DNA of 57,402 nucleotides, counting the filler, from Sphacelaria rigidula (Eukaryota), in assembly GCA_964200075.2 (NCBI GenBank). It is 4 parts of 4 records of this genome, joined end to end, with 100 filler letters (N's around TTAATTAATTAA, not from the genome) between each part and the next. Parts side by side here need not be neighbours in the genome. Positions count along the whole stretch, not along the records: positions 43,129 to 57,402 come from CAXNAA020002343.1; 3 more parts are not named here. One strand, 5' to 3'. Below are positions 49,190 to 57,402 of this stretch, piece after piece. The notes under the pieces are model-generated. The model saw only the letters and a program-made list of their open reading frames with translations, was not told the origin of the DNA and did not search any database. Position numbers and translations under genes: made by a program. Position 1 is the stretch's first letter, and each line of letters opens with the position of its first letter.

Positions 49190-51640
49190 CGTGGTGAGGC
49201 TCGAAGATGTTCAATCCTGACTGACCTAATCCAGAACTCAGCAAACGCCCGGGTTGTTCTAGACGAGCGCACCAGACAGCAAGCGCTGGGAACTTTCAAT
49301 GCGGTGGTGGCGGCCGGTGCAGCCGAAGCCAAGCTTGAGAAGATGAGCGGATCGAGGGGACTACACGCGATGTACGGCGCGAGTTCATTTATCCCGTCCC
49401 TTGGCTGGTGGCGCCCGAGGTAGCTATGGCGGCCGACATTGAACTTCGCAACATGCGTGCCAGGATACGAGAACTGGAGCGTTCCGTCTCCCGCCTCGCC
49501 GCCCAGACCAACAGTAGTCGACCGGTTGAACCTGCACTCCAGCGGGTGACGGCTGCCGGTTCTGCGGCTGGGCAGGATGGACATTGAGAGTGCATAAGAA
49601 AACGTTTTCGGAAATAGGGACCAGAATTACGTAGCGGATATATCGAGGAATATTCGACCCATGAATCAATTCTGACGGATGATACGCCGCCGGCGTTGTT
49701 CGCGTTACTAAGTAGTCTTTGCCTTTTAAGTGTGTTGGGTGATGATCCAGACTTGCTTTTTCCGACCGTGGAGGACGCAAGGAGTGCTAGGCAAGGGGGT
49801 TCCGTCGCCAGCGCAAGAACACGTGGATCGACACCGCGGGAAAAGGCGATCTGCAAGAAGATGATGAAGAGGAAGAGGCAGGTTGGGAGGCTGTATATGC
49901 TCGCGCAAAACGTCATGAAGACTGTTTCAGGCCGGGGGGTTCAGAGCTATGCATGACTTCCATTCAGGTGTTGAAAACGCCCGGAACGCCCGTGGCTATC
50001 ATTGACTATGTCGCTCGCTACCCACGGATTCTGCGACAGAGTCGATGTGTTACAAGCGGGAGCAGTTTTACGTATAGTGGAGCTTGGACAAATATCTCAT
50101 GGCCCTTTATTGGCGGCTGCTGTGATTCCTTGGGATAACTGCAACTTTCTGCCGGCGAAGAGTGTTACGGGGATCGGCGCTCATGTGATTTCTATATCGG
50201 CCACATGCGTGGCTGTGGAAAATCTCCCTGGTCATCTGCCGCTCATGCACGCGCACCGCCGGCAAAGAGAGCTGGTGGGCGCGGATATCACGACAGGATC
50301 CCTTTGGCACAGGGACGTCGAGCAGTGGCAGCGTTACCTCTCCGTCTTCGACGATGTAGCATTTCGTTGCGCGGTGGCAAGGATCGGAGTTGAAGGTGGC
50401 CACATCGACACGTGCGTGGAAATCGAACTTAGACAGGTGAACAGAGTAGTCAATTTTTGGGTACTCTTAGTCTGAAAGTGCACGCGAATTGTTCGAACTC
50501 TCCCTCTCTCCAATTTTGATCGGGATATTAGTGTCGAAACATGACAACATGACGCGCTTCTACGTGTGGCCCGGCGGCGTGATGATATTTTGATGTTCGG
50601 GCTGAGCTCGCATGAACTTGAGGTTGTTTACATATCGGTTAGTGTTGTACAGTACTGACATATATTCGCGCGGCCGCTGCGCCGGAAGAATTCAACTGGA
50701 TTTACTCGTACGAAGTAGTTTGGAAAGCTGCGGGTTCAATATCCTTGTAGTCGTCGTTCGTATCTTGCCTATCCAGTATTTAGTCCCCATCGTGAAAAAA
50801 CACGAGTAATCGAGTAGGCGAAGAATAGTTTGTTGCAAATTTTTAGAGGATGCATGAATGCCCTTCCCACTTGAGATGCCAGATTCAAAGTCGCATACAG
50901 TGGTGGATACAGGGTGGTCCCACGACACCACGCGTCCACTTCGCAAACGGGTATGGATTGAAGGTGTGAGCGTGAACAATGCCTCAACGGATTGTATACC
51001 GCACATCATCCGCCCTTGTTTGGTTTCATGCTTAAATTCCCCCACTAGGCCATACCGATGATGCAGAGGGAACTGCAGGTGTTCGAGTACCTCTTCATGC
51101 AACTGGGCACCACGAAGGATTGGTCCGACTCGAAGGCCTCCATCAACCATCTCGCTGATATATACGCCGCGTGGATGAGAGGGACGCGGCGGCGGCACGT
51201 ATGGTTGCCGGCGATGAGGAAACATTTCGTTTCATGTGTCACCTAATCCGGAGTAACCCCGGCCACTTTCACTGGCTCGGAATACCTGTATACATGGGTG
51301 ACTGGCACATTCTGCACCATATAGCGAAGGCGATCATGAACCGGTATTGGGGGGTAGGAATAGAGCTCATCGCAGAGGCACTTGGTGTGGACGGAACAAA
51401 GGCATCAGAGGCTGGTAATTATTGGGAGGCACACCATACCATGAGCATTATCTTCGAAGCAATGTGGGAGAAAATCGTGGCCATGTACTACTCCGAGCAC
51501 GGCGCCGATGTGGAGGTCACCAACGCCGGAGCCGCGGCCAGTGACGCCGCTGAAGCACCGGACACCGCCACAGCACGAGCACTGGGCACGGCCACAACGC
51601 CACCCGTGCCACCGGACGCCCCCAGTGAAGTGTAACATAC
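49190..51640 (+). pseudogene. Decayed transposase-like gene, DUF6589/Academ-like (tentative)
   Basis: Ordered motifs VIPWDNCNF (~50122-50148), MVAGDEETF (~51201-51227), YMGDWHILHH (~51291-51320), then NYWEAHHTMSIIFEAM; frameshifts and a probable intron lie between them. Family inferred from motif pattern only. Confidence 0.45.
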
Positions 51641-53595
51641 GATGTCCGCCGCGGCATCGCCTCTGGCGAAGGACACTATGGCAGCTGTTGAGAGTAGTCG
51701 TGGCAGGGAGTCGTTCCGGCGAGACGGCAGGAGGGTGGCGGGAGGGGAATCAGATCCGGGACAAGATTTTACCAGGCGCAATTGTTTCAAGGGCACTCGA
51801 GATGGCCCCATAGAGGGCGGATCGAAGCATTCAGCCGGGGTCTGGATTGGAGATTCAGATTCCGAGTGCAGCGGCTCGGAGAGAGAGGATTCGGCATTGG
51901 AAGCGGGCGAAGACCACGGCGATGAATACGCGTTTTGATTGAACATGTAGAGAAAGTTGGGGACATAATTCCTGCAGATGATGTGCGGAGGTACATTTGT
52001 AACCCTGGCACTTATCTTCTGCAGACGGAAGTTATATCCCGTATGTTTGGTTGATGCGGAAGTTGTATCATACTTGGTGTAGTGCGCCCTTGGGTGCGGA
52101 CGTCTACGGCGGGTGGTCCGGCGACGCCCTTGGGCGAGTCGCCGGTTGTGTTAATCATTGATACTAATCGAATGACTCCAGCAACAAAAACCAGGATCAA
52201 GGCATGGTCTTGTAGTCTACCTTGTAGGATACTGTGCAACACGACCACCGCACGTGCGTCGACTCCAGTCGTAAGACGGCGTCCATAGCGCTCTGCACAG
52301 CTGGCGAACCACCAGGAATATTTGGCATGATGGATAACAAACCGATCATCAAAATTGAGAACGGGGGGTTTCGCTGAGGATGATGAGTCAGTTTATTACA
52401 ATCTTCATATATGTGGACCAGTTTTCCGAAATATGGCTACATTCCTTTACGTACTTGTAGCCATTGCCAATGCAGGTATGACGTGTGCCTACCGGGCCTC
52501 CACTTCCTGGCGGCGTGGACCCTTGTCACAAAATGAAAAGTAGGGATGAAATGGACATGATCTATCGCGGATTCTGTACTATCCCAGCACTCAGATGGAG
52601 CCTGCTTGGGCTTGAACAACGGCTAGTAGCTGGTTCTACTTGCCTGTAGAGTTTTGGCTTCGTAACATTCATCCGTTGCCAGCAATCCTCTGTCGCGTGA
52701 AGGACGGGTATGTTGGAAAATAACTTTTTTCGTTGTACGATGGTTACAACGGTTTTTAGGAGTATCCATCGCTGGTTTGTGACCTGTACTGGGTCGAATG
52801 AAGCCAGACTGCGATGAGAAGATAATTCCAGATACATACTACAGCTGTGTAGCACTTTCGTTGCGATCTAACCCTCTGTCCACTTGTTTGACTCAGCCGC
52901 GTCTTCATTTTGGGGTTGGTGGTAGGAAACCTGACACTAACCCCCGGCGTAACACTGTCATCACCCACTTCATTCAAATTATTTATCAATGACCTGATCA
53001 TAGCAACACGAGCTGGGCCAGCTGACAGTGATTTTTGAATCAAGAATGGCGATGCGATTGGTAATTCGAAGAGTTAGGCGCTGAATTTTTTACGCGACAT
53101 CTTTATCATCAACCCGCGCAACATTATTGGGGGTACATAAGGGGGGGAAAAAAAGAAAGGAAAATTAGAGCGAGTTGAAGTTTTAGCAAAAAGAGGAAAA
53201 TACTTTATTATAACTCCGTGAAAAATTGATGAATACGGCTGTACCCCGAACAATGCTGTGGGCACTTGCGTCCAGGACATCCTGGTGAAGTTTCGGCCAA
53301 GAAAGTATACATCTCGAATTGGGCGCCGCATCGCACTTTTCGTGTGACACGGCCGCACCCCTTTCATCCAAGTGATACACGAGACTCCAGTTATGGAGAT
53401 CATGAGTTCGAATCCCGACATATTCTCTTTTTTTTTCGTTCCGTCGTTAAGGTCACATGATGTAAAATATATTTCTTTATTCAACGGCGGTGCCGTGTAT
53501 TACCAGGCTGGTCTGCAGTTCACAGCGATATGCTCAATTTGTGAAACTTGGAAAGTTGTGGTGTGGAAAGCGAATGCGGAATTCACTGCCGGCCC

Positions 53596-55390
53596 AGATC
53601 TTAGAGGCAGCAAGGATACGGTATCAGGATTGGTGTTCGCGCATGAAGGGGGAAGATACGGTATCAGGGGTGACGTTTGTGCATGACTTCGTGGGGATAT
53701 CAGAAACACCAGAAGGATTGCGGAGGTAAACAGAGAAGGCGCCAGAATACACAAAGAGATGGAGAGTGAGAGCGACCGTAAACAACTGCGCGGTACTTGT
53801 ATGTAACGAAGATAAGAAAATTCCGGTAGACTTCAAATGGAAGTGGGGGAAAGAGGAACTGCTGGTCGTAGACCAGAATACATACCTTGGCGTAGATGTC
53901 TAAAAAAACTGATCTTGGGATGCACACATGAACAAAGTAATAGAAGAGGGTACGGCACAGATAGGCAGGATGGACGTGATCCTCAGAGACTCGCACCTAG
54001 ATACTAAAATTAAAATATATCATCTGATGAATGTCATTGCACCAAAGCTAGAATATGCAGAGAAAGTGTGGAAGGGGGACGCGAAGTTGGTGAAGAAGCT
54101 GGAAACAGTATAGATAGCTGGTGGAATAAGGTGGGATAGCGTAGTCGAGAAAGTATGGAAGGAGGTAGGAGGGAACAAAGACGAGTTACTGCCCATAGAT
54201 GAATGTGGCGGGTACAAGACAAAAATAAGAGATATGGTGGAAATAAGAGGAAAAGAAGCGCTGAGACGAAAAATAGACGAGGAAAAACACCTGAAGATAC
54301 ACGGGGGGTTGAGAGAGGGGATAGGCTTGAAAATATATCTGCATGGCTCACTGGGCTCCGCGAAAAAAAGGAAATTGCGATTTCAGGTGGGAGACCTGAG
54401 CCTACCAGAAAGAAGAGGTATACCAGTAGTCGAGTGGAGGAGGAAGTAAATGCACAGAACTGTCCCTGTGGCAAAGCAGTAAAGAGTAGAACTCATATGG
54501 TGGCAACATGTGAACTATATCAGGAGGAACGGGACGTGTTGGAGAGGGAGACGCGGAAAGTAAAAGTAGGTGGCAGGAAATCGTTTGATAAGCTAGACAG
54601 TAGCGAGGAAAGGATCTCTATGCTAGGAGATAGACTGTGGCCACAGGCGGCGAATCAGGGAGGAGATACGATATGTAAAAGGTGCCTGTGTCACAAATGG
54701 AAGAAACGCAGTGAGGGCTGAATGTTGAACGTGTCTCTATTAGGGGTAGGAACGGTGCACGGTTAGGACGAATCAGAGTTCATACGAGTTGACTCCTCAT
54801 GAAATGAAAGGATTCAACCTGTATATAATTTTTGGTCCCGCTGAGTCGGGGGTGGATGACACATTTGCAGCGCAGGCATCTTGCGCGCATTACAGCTGGG
54901 AGAAAAGTACGTGTGATTTAAGGCCCATGAAATGACGAAAATTTCAACCTGTATAAATTGTTGGTCCCGCATTAACCCGAAGGTGAGAAAAATATACGGA
55001 CGCTCACCTCGAACGACTCGGTCGAGCAAGTTGTACATGACACTCCCGCCTCATGGTGGTCAGAAGTGCGTGGCATGTACAATCGATTCATTCAAATTGC
55101 AGTGCAGAGGATGGATACGTGCCCATTATTTACCCCGGAATTCACGGAAGGTAGGAAACAGGCACCTTTGACATGTACTGCACGACGCACGAGCTGAAAA
55201 GCTGTATAAATTATAAATGATTCACGAATGGTATGATTTATTCGTTGGAATGATTATTTGAGTTGAATCACGATTTTAGTCGTCCTAACCGTGCAACAGT
55301 GCTCTGTCTCGAAAGGGATGCGTGGTCAATGGTCAAATGACTAAGGCAAGCAACAAATGAGTACGCCCCCCCCCCCTCCCCCCCCCCTCC
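53596..55390 (+). mobile_element. Degenerate LINE family 'L': 3' half of RT, C-terminal Cys/His motif and tail; interrupted by a MITE
   Basis: DTVSGVTFVHDFVGISETPEGL (FADD position), YLGV, WDAHMNKV, PKLEYAEKVW, CPCGKAVKSRTHMVATC, LGDRLWPQ. Ends ...CAACAAATGAGTACG followed by a C tract (55366-55390). Confidence 0.85.
54758..55293. mobile_element. MITE, 536 bp, with perfect 14-bp TIRs, inserted in the LINE tail
   Basis: CACGGTTAGGACGA (54758-54771) / TCGTCCTAACCGTG (55280-55293). Flanks GAACGGTG / CAACAGTG (decayed 8-bp TSD). The empty site is visible in the paralogous LINE at ~24020-24050. Confidence 0.85.
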
Positions 55391-55575
55391 CTTCAACACT
55401 ACCCCTACCTGATGGGTTTCTGGTGCGAAAAGCCCGTCACCCGTGGATAATGCACAAAACTCTACCATAGATATGGCGTCGACATTACAAGCTGGTTCAG
55501 GGGGAGCACCCAAAATTTATTCCCCTGCGATTTAGCACGCGGGTGTCTGAAGTTAGACCCTGGAAATTTGCACAC

Positions 55576-55940
55576 GTATGTGTATGTTGTTGTTGTCATC
55601 CCATCTATTCTGGACGCCAGTCTACACCTTTTGGTAAATGTGGGCGCATCAGCCGGGGCCACACAGAAAGAAGGTTAACAGATAAGTTTTTTCTTCTTTT
55701 TAGTCATGTACCTTCCTTCTGCGGTGCTTGCCTTATTTTTTATCGCGAGAGGGGTTCATCGATCCCTTTCCCTCGTCGACCGTAAAGTCGAATTTCGTGT
55801 ACCCACGACATCGTCGCTGTCCACTGTTGGGCATGGTGTGAAAAAAAAATCCAGATCGTGTGACTGCACCAAGATTCGAATCCACGACACAACCGTCAGA
55901 AGGTTCCGAGGTTACCAACTGAGCCGCCGGGGCGACCGGC
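55576..55940 (-). mobile_element. tRNA-derived SINE with (CAA)n/CATA tail
   Basis: Minus strand starts GCCGGTCGCCCCGGCGGCTCAGTTGG (A box) ... GGATTCGAATCTTGG (B-box-like) and ends ...GATGACAACAACAACATACACATAC; no complete cloverleaf. Confidence 0.75.
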
Positions 55941-57402
55941 TCTTGTACTATGGGATATTACAGAAATGTCCATGATTTTGTCCTTCATTTCGCCAGATTT
56001 TCGGGGTCCCGGGGGTTCTGGGGGCCAGATTTTCTTATGGGACTCTGGATATCTGGCGAAAAAACAAAAAATCGAAAAAAAAACTCATTCGTTAAAAGGT
56101 TTCCCAGTGTCCGATAGTGCACGTGTGCAAAAAATTCAGGGTCAAACTCCGAAAATCAGCGTGATAAATCGCCTTTATGTCGATTCAAGTGTAAATACTC
56201 TGCTGAACCCCGTAATTACTTGATTTTAACAACAAACCGACCATTTTCTTGGGCGATGAAGCTTAGATCGGTCGTTTGATATCATTTTTCTGTGCTTCGC
56301 AACAAAGCTGTGTACAAACGTTTGTTGGACTACCTCGGGACGAGTAAAATTTGATTTTGGGATTCTGAGGCATTCTGTATCGGCTTCTGGGGGTCTTCAC
56401 GCCGGAACCTCCGGAAGCCGGTAGAATCGGATAAACCTTGGACACACTCTTCAACGTTTTCTTTTCATGTGGGGCACCCATATTTTCAAAACCGCCAAGT
56501 TTGAGGATGATCGGAGCTTTTTTACGACGGGTATGAGAGAAAACGTCAAGAAGCTTTCTGCATCTTTGATGAATATTATCAGTGGAAATCCGACGACGTC
56601 AATACCCCACAACACCGAAATACCACGATTTGGGGTATAACTCGATCATCATACGGACTTTTTCAAGTACTTCGTCCGTTCCGTAATATAAATTGGATAA
56701 GGACTTTCCGAATATTAGCGTGGTTTGCACTACTAGGAGTATATGTAGGTCATTTAGCCACTGCGGGACGTCGGACAGAGAGGAGGTACCGAATCACCTC
56801 TTCTCTTTCCAAATCGTTGAAGTTCTTGCGCTTTTGCACCTGGGAGGCACTCGCAACAGCTGACATGCCTAACCCTACGATGGGAAGACTTTGGACCGGA
56901 GGTGCAAAGTGAGGGTGGTGATTTCGAGCTAGTTTTTCTGGGATGGGAGAACCTTTTTTGACTGACTTACGCCATATTGTTTTCTCGCCGGGGGTTCGGA
57001 AATTTTGGTTTTGGTGAATAGACGACGCCTGCATAAAAAAAATCGTTGCCACGCACATGCCGCGCATCACGGTAGTCATTCGTGCATAATAAACCGGCGC
57101 CGGTGACATTGCCGTTTCACATTTTCAAACAGTATAGAACAGTATTTGATTTTCGAGGCCCCAGAAAAATCGCAAGTGATGCCCGAAATCGAGAAGACAT
57201 GCATGCAATTTATCGAAAACGCGTTGTGCAAAGCTTGCATGATACCAGTGCGCGTCAGAAAAATCAAAGATGCAAACATACTTCCTCTGTCCCATAAGTC
57301 TGTATCGTTATGGACGTTTAATCGTGTGGGTATTTCAATGCTCACGATCATGCTACAGTTGGGCTCGTTAGAGAGATAACGTGCAGACGAAGCTGACTGA
57401 GA

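Noticed and set aside
55860-55940. tRNA gene (also ~15560-15635)
   Set aside because: A and B boxes are present but there is no convincing acceptor or anticodon stem, and the sequence continues into a repeat body, so these are SINE heads.
56750-56870. RKNFNDLEREEVIRYLL resembling a mariner-type transposase N-terminus
   Set aside because: Too short, followed by stops, and no DDE/D motifs recognisable downstream.

Overview
Eukaryotic, intron-rich and transposon-rich DNA, most consistent with a brown alga (Phaeophyceae, Ectocarpales-like). That assignment is inferred from the EsV-1-7 repeat gene, the short GT-AG exons and the repeat landscape. The window is not one locus. It is four unrelated contigs of 14277, 14276, 14275 and 14274 bp, joined by 100-bp N44-TTAATTAATTAA-N44 linkers. 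I reconstructed spliced genes by hand, and intron phases are consistent in all multi-exon models. Contig 1 has the 3' end of a tandem-GAF protein (+) converging on the last exon of an LRR protein (-). Contig 2 has the 3' five exons of a phytyl-ester-synthase/ELT-type acyltransferase (+) converging on a 7-repeat EsV-1-7 protein (-). Contig 3 has five internal exons of an Agd3/CE18-like polysaccharide deacetylase (+), followed by decayed RTE and Copia elements. Contig 4 has a LINE split by a ~7.5-kb block carrying a decayed DUF6589/Academ-like transposase. The most notable items are the Agd3-like deacetylase, the Academ-like element, and a LINE plus short partner element that share a 3' tail and stack at C-rich tracts. 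All family calls come from motif recognition by eye; no database search was run.
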